Part shown: positions 22,271 through 31,088 of the stretch, one piece after another
Numbering within the stretch: the stretch's first letter is position 1
Layout of the letters: every line of letters starts with the position of its first letter
Assembly (NCBI GenBank): GCA_900539455.1
Contig: UQCD01000003.1
Span: forward strand, 41,485 to 105,484
Length of the DNA stretch: 64,000 nt
Direction of reading: 5' to 3'
Origin: an uncultured Eubacteriales bacterium
GTDB lineage: Bacteria; Bacillota; Clostridia; Lachnospirales; Lachnospiraceae
Translations under genes and position numbers: made by a program
Notes under the pieces: generated by a model
Database searches by the model: none
What the model saw: only the letters and a program-made list of their open reading frames with translations
What the model was told of the DNA's origin: nothing

Positions 22271-22373
22271 TTTGTCACCTCTAAAAATATCTTGCTAGAT
22301 TGGACTTTACCAATCAAGTCTTTAAACAACTTTTGTAGTATATCATACAACGCACCTTATTGCAATAGGCTTT

Positions 22374-23162
22374 TTACAAAAGCATTTTGTCTGTCATCTG
22401 CTCTGCTCCTGATGATGAATATAACTGCATCAATTTTTCTGTAGTCATATTTCTTCTATCCTCACCAGTTATATCCATAAGCAATTTTCCCTGACTAAGC
22501 ACTATTGTTCTGTTACCATAATCTAGTGCATTTTTTATATTATGTGTAATCATCAAGGTAGTAATATTATTTTCCTTGACGATTTTGTCAGTTATTTCCA
22601 TTACCTTTTCTGCTGTTTTAGGGTCAAGGGCTGCTGTATGCTCATCTAACAAAAGCAGCTTTGGGGTAACTATAGTAGCCATCATAAGGGTAAGTGCCTG
22701 TCTTTGACCTCCTGATAATAATCCAACTGGAGTTTTCATTCTATCCTCCAGACCCAGGCCTAAATCGGCAAGCTTTTCTTTAAAGAAGGCTATATCCTTT
22801 TTTGAAATTCCAAAGGCTAATGTTCTTTTCTTTCCTCTGCCATATGCCAGACCAAGATTTTCCTCTATTGTCATATTGGGAGCTGTACCCTTTAGTGGAT
22901 CCTGAAATAATCTTCCAATAAACTTCGCTCTCTGATATTCTTTAAGCTTTGTAATATCCCTATCATCAATGTAAATGTGACCTGAATCAACCCCGTAGGT
23001 ACCACATACTACATTCATAAGCGTAGATTTACCAGCACCATTAGAGCCAATAACTGTAACAAAATCACCCTGATTAATATCTAAAGAAAAACTACTTAAT
23101 GCTTTTCTTTCATTTACTGTGTTTTTATTAAAAGTTATACTTACATTTGACAAGCTAAGCAT
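22374..23162 (-). CDS. ABC transporter ATP-binding protein
   Basis: Walker A GSNGAGKST, signature LSGGQRQ and Walker B LLLLDE. Confidence 0.85.
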   Translation of the reverse strand: MLSLSNVSITFNKNTVNERKALSSFSLDINQGDFVTVIGSNGAGKSTLMNVVCGTYGVDSGHIYIDDRDITKLKEYQRAKFIGRLFQDPLKGTAPNMTIEENLGLAYGRGKKRTLAFGISKKDIAFFKEKLADLGLGLEDRMKTPVGLLSGGQRQALTLMMATIVTPKLLLLDEHTAALDPKTAEKVMEITDKIVKENNITTLMITHNIKNALDYGNRTIVLSQGKLLMDITGEDRRNMTTEKLMQLYSSSGAEQMTDKMLL

Positions 23163-24144
23163 TACTATTGCCTCCCTTTTCCTTTATCCTTGCAGCCTTT
23201 CTTCCAACAACCTTCTTTATTGTAGGTATGCTTATTGCTATTGCCACAATAAGTGCTGAAAACAGTTTGAAATCCATTGCCTGCATACCTATTGACATTG
23301 CAATAGTAAGCACATATCTGTAGGCTATAGCGCCTATTACAGATGACAATATGCAGGAGATAATTGTATGCTTTCCGAAAAATACCTCTCCAATAATAAT
23401 GGAAGCACAGCCGGCTACTAACATACCCGTACCACCATTTGCATCACCTGCTGAATTGTACTGTGCGATTACACCTCCACACATTGAAACCAGTGCATTA
23501 GCTAATGCAAAGCCGATTATTTTCATTCTGTCAGAGTTAATTGAAGATGCACGCACCATATATTCATTATCACCAGTTGCTCTAATTGACATACCAAGCT
23601 GTGTATTTAAAAACCAATATACAAAAAGTACGACGATTAACAATATAGCACCTGAAACTATTATTTTAACCGGCGCTCCCTCTGGTAATAATTGTTCAAA
23701 AAAAGAAAAAATTGTTTTCTTTTTCCAAAGGGATATATTTGGATTACCACCCATAATATGCAGGTTTATTGAATATAAGCCTGTCATAGTAATAATTCCT
23801 GCTAATATAGGCTGTACATTTAATTTTGTCTGCAAAACGCCTGTTACAATACCTGCTATAGCTCCTGCCACTATAGAAAGTCCAATTCCCCAAAATGGAT
23901 GACCGTTATATGCAAATATAACTGACACAGCTACACCTAGTGTAAAGCTGCCGTCAACAGTTAAGTCTGGAATGTCTAATATCCTAAGGGAAATAAATAT
24001 TCCTAAAGCTAATAAGGAATATATAAAACCCAGCTCTAAGGTTCCTGTTATCTGTGTCCCTGTTAATTGGGAATTAATAATCAAAAATAAAACTACAACT
24101 AATACTACTTTTGGAATCAAGGAAATTACTTTCTTCTTGTTCAT
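23155..24144 (-). CDS. ABC transporter permease (BPD_transp_2-like, branched-chain/sugar type)
   Basis: Polytopic membrane protein whose start overlaps the end of the ATPase gene by 8 nt. Confidence 0.75.
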   Translation of the reverse strand: MNKKKVISLIPKVVLVVVLFLIINSQLTGTQITGTLELGFIYSLLALGIFISLRILDIPDLTVDGSFTLGVAVSVIFAYNGHPFWGIGLSIVAGAIAGIVTGVLQTKLNVQPILAGIITMTGLYSINLHIMGGNPNISLWKKKTIFSFFEQLLPEGAPVKIIVSGAILLIVVLFVYWFLNTQLGMSIRATGDNEYMVRASSINSDRMKIIGFALANALVSMCGGVIAQYNSAGDANGGTGMLVAGCASIIIGEVFFGKHTIISCILSSVIGAIAYRYVLTIAMSIGMQAMDFKLFSALIVAIAISIPTIKKVVGRKAARIKEKGGNSNA

Positions 24145-24165
24145 AAAACTTTACCTCTCCCTATC

Positions 24166-25173
24166 TTATTCAAAAGTGATTGTCTTTTGTCCGTTTAAGA
24201 TAGAATCAGGAATTGTAATACCTATTTCTTTTGCAGTTGATGTATTAATATATGTACTTAAATCTTCATTAAATACTTTTACAGGTATTTCAGATGCCTT
24301 TTTTTCACCCTTAAGTATTGAATCTGCCATATTTGCTGTCTCAATTCCTAAATCAGTATATTCAATACCTACTGTTCCTAAGCCACCATCCTTTACCATA
24401 GAGTCGGCGCCTACATATACAGGTATTTTTGCTGAATTTGCAACCTGGGCAACTACGCCCATTGCACCTGCTATAGTATTATCATTTGGGCTGAAAATAG
24501 CATCTGCATCTGCACAAAGGCTTTCAGCTGCTAACTGTACCTCTGAGGAATTTGAAACTGCCGCTTCCTTGACTGTAATGTTTTTATCCTTGCAGTATGT
24601 CTTTACTTTTTCAAGACAAGAAACTGAATTTGCTTCACCAGAGTTGTATAAATATCCTAATGTCTTAATATCTGGAGTTACTGTTAATGCTAAATCTAAA
24701 ATCTTATTAACATCAATAGCGTCAGATGTACCTGTTATATTGCCACCTGTGCTTTCTAAGGATTCAACAATATCTGCTGCTACTGGATCCGTAACTGCTG
24801 AAAATACAACTGGAATTTTTTCTGAATAAGGTGCTGCTGCCTGAGCACATGGAGTAGTAATAGCTATAATAACATCACAGCCTTCACCTTCAAAGGACTG
24901 AAGAATTGATGATACATTGCTGACCTCACCATTTGCCTGCTGACAGTCGATTTTACAATTATCACCGTCCTTGTAGCCAAGCTCGCCTAATCTTGTTACA
25001 ATAGCATCTCTGATTGTATTAAGGGATGCGTGCTCCATAATCTGGATAATACCTATTGTATAGGTTTTTTCACCTTTACCATTTTTGTCACTATCTTCGT
25101 TCTTACCACAAGCGCATAACATAAATACACACATACACGCTAAAAGAACTGCTAATATTTTCTTCTTTTTCAT
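24166..25173 (-). CDS. ABC transporter substrate-binding lipoprotein (PF04392 'ABC_sub_bind'-like family)
   Basis: Lipoprotein signal with lipobox LCAC|G, followed by a periplasmic-binding-protein-like alpha/beta pattern. Confidence 0.65.
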   Translation of the reverse strand: MKKKKILAVLLACMCVFMLCACGKNEDSDKNGKGEKTYTIGIIQIMEHASLNTIRDAIVTRLGELGYKDGDNCKIDCQQANGEVSNVSSILQSFEGEGCDVIIAITTPCAQAAAPYSEKIPVVFSAVTDPVAADIVESLESTGGNITGTSDAIDVNKILDLALTVTPDIKTLGYLYNSGEANSVSCLEKVKTYCKDKNITVKEAAVSNSSEVQLAAESLCADADAIFSPNDNTIAGAMGVVAQVANSAKIPVYVGADSMVKDGGLGTVGIEYTDLGIETANMADSILKGEKKASEIPVKVFNEDLSTYINTSTAKEIGITIPDSILNGQKTITFE

Positions 25174-25251
25174 ATGCTTTACCTGCCTTTACTCTTTCTT
25201 TTAATTTTACGAACTATTTTAACCCTAGTCATAAAAAAAGTAAATATTTTT

Positions 25252-26094
25252 TTAGATTTCTACCTTAAAGCTGATGTACTCCTTATCTCCTATATTCATT
25301 AACTCTACAGTAATATCTCCACCATATTTATTTGCAATTCTTTTTGCATTATGTAATCCCAGCCCTCTCTTGGAGCCTTTTGTGGAATATCCCTTTTTAA
25401 AGAACATTGACATTTTATTAAAATTCATATCCTCTACCTGATTTCTTACTTCAAAGTAAAGCTTGTTATCATCTGAATCCAATATAATATCTACAGTATT
25501 TCTTTCTTTGGTACAGGCTTCGTAGGCATTATCAATAAGCGTTCCTATTATTTCAATAAGGTTATGCTCTGACACAGTAGAAATAATTTCAAAATTTCTA
25601 ACCTGTATATTTACATTAATAAAAGATGGCGAAGCTACTATCTTACTGTAAATAAACCCTGCCAAAATCTTATCACTTATTTTCAGCAGTGCTATTAGCT
25701 GTCTGGAGTCCTCTATATACATTTCCTTTATATATTCTGATTGTCTTTTTACCAGCTCATCATAATTATCAATCGTAATGTGCATATTTAAAACTGCGTT
25801 TAAGTGATTATCAAACTCATGTTGTCTTGCTCTTATTTCTTTTGTTAATTCTTCAAGGGGCTGAATATACATTTTGTAAGTCTTTATTTCATTGGACTGT
25901 CTTTTTATAAGCATATTATGTCTTTTAAACTCTAACATTCCCCATATTATCATAATGGTCATCCATATAAATATTACTGCAATCTTTATATCTAGCTGAT
26001 CCTTTATTTTAAGCTCAATAAGCATACCTACAGAAATTATCATTACTATTGTACATATTATTCGGTATAGTATCTTTCTTGTATTTTCATTCAT
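25252..26094 (-). CDS. Sensor histidine kinase with a GHKL ATPase domain (partner of the LytTR regulator)
   Basis: Two N-terminal TM helices, a conserved His region (HEFDNHLNAV) and a C-terminal GHKL ATPase (DNAYEAC...GLGLHNAKRIANKYGG). Confidence 0.75.
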   Translation of the reverse strand: MNENTRKILYRIICTIVMIISVGMLIELKIKDQLDIKIAVIFIWMTIMIIWGMLEFKRHNMLIKRQSNEIKTYKMYIQPLEELTKEIRARQHEFDNHLNAVLNMHITIDNYDELVKRQSEYIKEMYIEDSRQLIALLKISDKILAGFIYSKIVASPSFINVNIQVRNFEIISTVSEHNLIEIIGTLIDNAYEACTKERNTVDIILDSDDNKLYFEVRNQVEDMNFNKMSMFFKKGYSTKGSKRGLGLHNAKRIANKYGGDITVELMNIGDKEYISFKVEI

Positions 26095-26123
26095 AATTTT
26101 TGTTTAACAAAATATCCTTTCCA

Positions 26124-26852
26124 CTATTTTTTTCCAACAAAGTCTTTTATCTTATCCTTATAGGTTACGCCTATTTCCACCATATTTTTATCTTCCAGCT
26201 CTATCATCCTATTTACTACATCTATACTTACTATATGCTTTTTATTGACCACATACATTCTATGGCACTGTATAAAGTCCTCTGGGTCAACCTTTTTCAT
26301 AAATTCCTTTATGGTCAAATATGGTACTTTAACAGTTTCCTTTGTAAGCTTTATTTGTACTCCTCTGGTTATTGCCTGTACATATTGTATTGCATCACAT
26401 TTTATTTTATAGTTAATGCCGTTTTTCTTTACAATAATATATTTTTCCTCTGCAACCTTATCGTGCATTACTATTTTTTGAATAACATCCTCTACTGTCT
26501 TTCTGTCATATGGCTTAACAATATATTGATAACAATGTATTTCCCTAAAAGATGTCATTTCTAAGGATGCTATTGAGGTAACCATTATTACAGGTGTAAA
26601 TTCATATTTTCTATTTTTTCTTAACAGTCTGGCAAACTCTATTCCAGACTGGTCATTTTCATTTTCAATATCTAAATTAATATCAATAAAAAAGCCATTG
26701 TAGGTTTTCTTATTGTTCAATAACTTTTCTGCTTCCTCGTATGTTGCTGCTGAATCTATTTCAACTTCATTTTCCCTGTTATATGAAGCTATCATCTTAC
26801 ATAATGCTTCTCTACTATCCTTTTGATCTTCAAGAACCAATATATTTATCAT
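26124..26852 (-). CDS. LytR/AlgR (LytTR) family response regulator
   Basis: N-terminal REC domain (ILVLEDQ...FIDINLD) and C-terminal LytTR DNA-binding domain. Confidence 0.8.
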   Translation of the reverse strand: MINILVLEDQKDSREALCKMIASYNRENEVEIDSAATYEEAEKLLNNKKTYNGFFIDINLDIENENDQSGIEFARLLRKNRKYEFTPVIMVTSIASLEMTSFREIHCYQYIVKPYDRKTVEDVIQKIVMHDKVAEEKYIIVKKNGINYKIKCDAIQYVQAITRGVQIKLTKETVKVPYLTIKEFMKKVDPEDFIQCHRMYVVNKKHIVSIDVVNRMIELEDKNMVEIGVTYKDKIKDFVGKK

Positions 26853-27002
26853 TACACTTTCTCCATTCTAACTAATGCTCATACTTTTTTATTGCCATAA
26901 CAAATTTTACCACCAGCATATACTAGCCACTTTTTATGACAGATATACTGGTGGTATATAATGGATACCTTAAGCTCTAGTGCTTTATAATATCCTGCTT
27001 AT

Positions 27003-27950
27003 TTATTGTTCCTGCTTTCCTACCTCTGTAATAGATGTTACAAGACCAGCCATTGACTGGATTTCAGATGGAATAATAATCTTTGTAGCCTTACCGTCTG
27101 CTGCCTTACCAAAGGCTTCAAGACTTTTAAGCTTAAGTACAGCTTCATCAGCTCCTGCTTCTTTAATAAATCTAATACCATCTGCATTAGCCTTTTGTAC
27201 AGCTAAGATTGCTTCTGCCTGACCTTCAGCTTCCCTAATCATAGCCTCTTTCTTAGCTTCTGCTCTAAGAATTTGTGCCTGTTTTTCAGCTTCTGCATCA
27301 AGAATAGCTGCTTCCTTCTTACCTTGTGCAACAAGGATTGATGATTTCTTCTGACCATCTGCAATAAGGATAGCTTCACGGCTTTCTCTTTCTGCCTTCA
27401 TCTGTTTCTCCATAGCTGCTGTAATTGATGCTGGAGGCATAATATTCTTTAACTCTACACGATTAACCTTGATGCCCCAAGGGTCTGTAGCTCTATCAAG
27501 CTCAGCTCTCATTTTTGTATTGATAAGCTCTCTTGATGTAAGAGTGTCATCTAATACTAACTCACCAATAATATTTCTAAGTGTTGTAGCTGTAAGGTTT
27601 TCAATAGCCATAATAGGATTTTCAATACCATATGAGTAAAGCTTTGGATCTGTTATCTGGAAGAAGATAACTGTATCAATTCTCATTGTAACATTATCCT
27701 TTGTAATAACCGGCTGAGGAGGAAAGTCACATACCTGCTCCTTTAATCTTACCTTTCTTGCAATCTTATCAATAATTGGCACCTTAAAGTGTAAACCAAC
27801 TGACCATGTATCCTTGTATCCACCTAATCTTTCAACAATATATGCTTCAGCCTGTGGTACAATTTTAATACATGAAACGAGTATCAATATAATAATTATT
27901 GCTACTACTAATGCTGCAACCAAACCTGGTTGTAATTCTGATGCTAACAT
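27003..27950 (-). CDS. SPFH/Band-7 (stomatin/prohibitin-like) domain protein
   Basis: N-terminal TM anchor, an SPFH core, and a coiled-coil region rich in K/E/A repeats (EAILDAEAEKQAQILRAEAKKEA). Confidence 0.85.
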   Translation of the reverse strand: MLASELQPGLVAALVVAIIIILILVSCIKIVPQAEAYIVERLGGYKDTWSVGLHFKVPIIDKIARKVRLKEQVCDFPPQPVITKDNVTMRIDTVIFFQITDPKLYSYGIENPIMAIENLTATTLRNIIGELVLDDTLTSRELINTKMRAELDRATDPWGIKVNRVELKNIMPPASITAAMEKQMKAERESREAILIADGQKKSSILVAQGKKEAAILDAEAEKQAQILRAEAKKEAMIREAEGQAEAILAVQKANADGIRFIKEAGADEAVLKLKSLEAFGKAADGKATKIIIPSEIQSMAGLVTSITEVGKQEQ

Positions 27951-28107
27951 CCTTTTTACCTCTCTTTTTTTTATTTAGAACGAAAGTCAAGCTTTCGCAT
28001 CTATCTTTAATTACCAAATTAAGCTTCATACTCTAATCTTAACTATAATTCTGACTATATTTTCAGTTATACTTTTAAATACAATTCCCGCTGCAAATTA
28101 TGTTTTA

Positions 28108-28545
28108 CTATTGTTCCTTGTATTCTTCAACAATAAGCTTAACACCCTTTATGTCTACAACCTTAACTATTGTGCCTGCCTTGATAAGAACCTTGTCATC
28201 GGCTGTTCTAGCCATCCATTCTACACTGTTAATTGTTGCTTTTCCGGTTCCACTTATGTTATCAACATCTTCTGTAAGTCTTACTACCTTCCCAATAATT
28301 CCTTCATAATTAGTCTTTAGTTTATTTGTATTTATATATTTTACAGCTAACGGTCTGGTAAATACAAGTAAAACAACTGAGGTTATAAGGAATACAACCA
28401 CCTGCCACACAATATCAAGTCCTATTGCATATGCTACTAACGCAAGTAATGCACCACCAGCAAACCATACAGTAGTAAGCCCCACTGTAATAATTTCTAT
28501 GCCTAATAAAACAATAAGTAATACAAGCCAAAATATTGCTTCCAT
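28108..28545 (-). CDS. NfeD-family membrane protein (partner of the SPFH protein)
   Basis: TM helices followed by a C-terminal OB-fold-like beta region. The start is assigned to MEAIFWLVLL (GGAAAGGAAG RBS); the track ORF extends 21 codons upstream without an RBS. Confidence 0.7.
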   Translation of the reverse strand: MEAIFWLVLLIVLLGIEIITVGLTTVWFAGGALLALVAYAIGLDIVWQVVVFLITSVVLLVFTRPLAVKYINTNKLKTNYEGIIGKVVRLTEDVDNISGTGKATINSVEWMARTADDKVLIKAGTIVKVVDIKGVKLIVEEYKEQ

Positions 28546-28645
28546 AGCTTCTACTTCCTTTCCTAAAATTTCTAAATACACCTTACAATAAATACTTCTT
28601 GAAATCAATCTCTTTTGAGTGAAATAGTTTTTTTTGGTTTTAAAT

Positions 28646-29857
28646 TTAAAAATATTCCTTATATTTTACTTCATATTTTCCATTAGGAAAACACTTTTTA
28701 TAAAACTTTAAAAAATAATCATCTGTCATACTTGCCATATAATCAATAACTAACTGATTTGGCTCCGTAGCACAGTATTCCTCTGTATCCTCCTGGTATC
28801 TATTATATTTATTATTTTCCTTTACATAAGCAATGTGATACTTATATATATCAGAATTTTCATCTCCTGTCTTTGCCTCCTTTAGAAGCATTTCATACAT
28901 TTCTTTAAACATTGGAGTAATTTGTTCTTCATATATTTTATTTAATTCCTTATTTTTGTAAATCATTTCATAGTTTTCTGTTTTTGCATTTCTAAGTGCC
29001 ATGAAATGCTCCTCATCCATTTGTAAATATGGCTTTCCATAGCTGTTTTCAATAATATTCACTATAAGGTTGTTTATTATTTCCGAGTTAGTCCTGCCTA
29101 TCTTGGAATTTTTAAATATACTATCTTCTTGTAAAATTCCAAGCTTTATGGCATCCTGTCTGTCCTTGCCTAAATAGGCAATAATATCACTTATTCTCAC
29201 CACACAGCCTTCTAGTGTATTGGCTTTTAGCTTATCTACGTTGTCCTTATCTACATAACAGTCCTCTACCTTTATATCAAAAGCTTTAAAATTGTCCAGC
29301 TTTGATGGCGTATATTCTATACACTCCATTTCACCATTGTGACATAAAACACCATCTAAGGTCTGAAGACTGATATTTCTTTTAATGATTTTGTCTAACA
29401 CCCGGACACTATGTACATTATGATTAAAGCATCTGCCAGTATGTTCCATATATAAACCGTCTAATATTCTTTCACCTGCGTGTCCAAAGGGTGTATGTCC
29501 TATATCATGTCCTATTGATATAGCCTCAATTAATTCCTGATTAAGTCCAAGTATTTTTCCAATATTTCTGGCTATTCTGGAAACCAGTTGTACATGCAGT
29601 GCTCTTCTGCTAATATCATCATTTTCATAGAAGGAGAATACCTGTGTTTTGTCTGCATATCTGTTGTAGTACGGACTATGTAAGATTTTTTCTGTATCAC
29701 ATATATAAGGACTTCTCCACAACTTGGGAATATCGTGGTCAGGGTGTCTTCTAATGACAGCCTCATCATTTGCTGCATAAGGATTTTTATAGCCCTTATC
29801 CATATCCTCCTTTATTTTTTCCACTAACCCCGCACTTAGTTCATTATAATTTGCCAT
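28646..29857 (-). CDS. HD-domain deoxyguanosinetriphosphate triphosphohydrolase-like protein
   Basis: HD motif region HDIGHTPFGHAGE; 403 aa; dGTPase-family architecture. Confidence 0.75.
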   Translation of the reverse strand: MANYNELSAGLVEKIKEDMDKGYKNPYAANDEAVIRRHPDHDIPKLWRSPYICDTEKILHSPYYNRYADKTQVFSFYENDDISRRALHVQLVSRIARNIGKILGLNQELIEAISIGHDIGHTPFGHAGERILDGLYMEHTGRCFNHNVHSVRVLDKIIKRNISLQTLDGVLCHNGEMECIEYTPSKLDNFKAFDIKVEDCYVDKDNVDKLKANTLEGCVVRISDIIAYLGKDRQDAIKLGILQEDSIFKNSKIGRTNSEIINNLIVNIIENSYGKPYLQMDEEHFMALRNAKTENYEMIYKNKELNKIYEEQITPMFKEMYEMLLKEAKTGDENSDIYKYHIAYVKENNKYNRYQEDTEEYCATEPNQLVIDYMASMTDDYFLKFYKKCFPNGKYEVKYKEYF

Positions 29858-29909
29858 TTTTCCTCCTGTTTTTCTACTATAACCATTGTCAAAGCCTTAT
29901 CTTGGCTTT

Positions 29910-31088
29910 CTACATTTCTCTAATATCTATATAACTTCTGTCTAAATGGATAACAGGGATATAATCCTCACTTAGCTCCTTAATCTTTGAAATTATCTTT
30001 TTCTTTAGATAATTATTGTCTTCTTTCATTTCATAAGGTATAACAACATCAAATATTAGATTTGTATGAGTGTTTCCTGTAACCATTCTAAAATCATGTA
30101 TTGAAATATTTTCATTGATTTCCTTAAGTTTTTCTAAAACCAGTTTTTTTACCCTCGTTATTTCCTCATTATTTGTTTCAATAGGGTCCAGATGAATAAC
30201 CGCCTCACAATCCAGCTTTTCTGACAATTCATTTTCTATTCTGTCAATAGCATCATGAAGCTCAAATATATTTCCAGCTCCGTCTACCTCTGCGTGGAGT
30301 GAAATCATTACCCTCCCTGGGCCATAATCGTGAACAACTAAATCATGCACTCCTATTACCTCTGTATGTGCCAATACCATGTCTTCAATTTTTCTTACAA
30401 ATTCCGGCTCGGGAGCTTTACCCAATATAGGCGATATTGTATCCTTAGCCGCATTAAAGCCTGCATATAAAATAAACAAAGCAACCAATACTCCACAATA
30501 TCCGTCAACATTTATTGGTAAAAATTTTGTAACAAATATTGATATTAAAACTACTGTTGTTGCAATACTATCACTAAGGGAATCTGTTGCTGTAGCCAAC
30601 ATTGCAGTAGATGATATTTTCTTCCCTATTGCACGATTATAAAAGCACATATATATTTTTACTAATATGGAAATAATCAATATAATTATAGCTACAGTGC
30701 TATCCTCTACCGGCTCTGGGTGGATGATTTTTTCAAAGGAACTTTTTACAAGCTCTAAGCCCATTAAAATAATGACTATTGAAACTACAAAGCCTGAAAC
30801 ATATTCAAATCTTCCATGTCCAAATGGGTGGTCATAATCTGGTCTTTTTCCTGAAAATATAAAACCTACCAAGGTAATAAAAGACGAGCCTGCGTCTGAT
30901 AAGTTGTTGAACGCATCAGCCACAATGGCTACCGAGCCGCTAACTGCCCCGGCTATGTACTTTATTACAAAAAGCATAATGTTTAAAAATATTCCTACTA
31001 TCCCACAAAGTGAGCCATATGCTTTTCTATTATTATCATCTGTAATATCCCTATTGGTTAAAAATATTTTTGATAATACTGTAATCAA
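29910..31088 (-). CDS. Cation diffusion facilitator (CDF) family transporter
   Basis: Six TM helices plus a C-terminal cytoplasmic domain; metal-binding HD/HxxxD-type residues. Confidence 0.8.
   Translation of the reverse strand: MITVLSKIFLTNRDITDDNNRKAYGSLCGIVGIFLNIMLFVIKYIAGAVSGSVAIVADAFNNLSDAGSSFITLVGFIFSGKRPDYDHPFGHGRFEYVSGFVVSIVIILMGLELVKSSFEKIIHPEPVEDSTVAIIILIISILVKIYMCFYNRAIGKKISSTAMLATATDSLSDSIATTVVLISIFVTKFLPINVDGYCGVLVALFILYAGFNAAKDTISPILGKAPEPEFVRKIEDMVLAHTEVIGVHDLVVHDYGPGRVMISLHAEVDGAGNIFELHDAIDRIENELSEKLDCEAVIHLDPIETNNEEITRVKKLVLEKLKEINENISIHDFRMVTGNTHTNLIFDVVIPYEMKEDNNYLKKKIISKIKELSEDYIPVIHLDRSYIDIREM

Noticed and set aside
26100-26564. 154-aa plus-strand ORF rich in F/Y/I/L
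   Set aside because: It is antisense to the LytTR regulator gene and is an AT-rich reading-frame artefact with no RBS.
26853-27002. Search for an autoinducing-peptide or bacteriocin precursor gene next to the LytTR two-component system
   Set aside because: All frames were inspected. Only an imperfect inverted repeat (ACCACCAGCATAT.../...ATATACTGGTGGT) was found, with no RBS-preceded small ORF.
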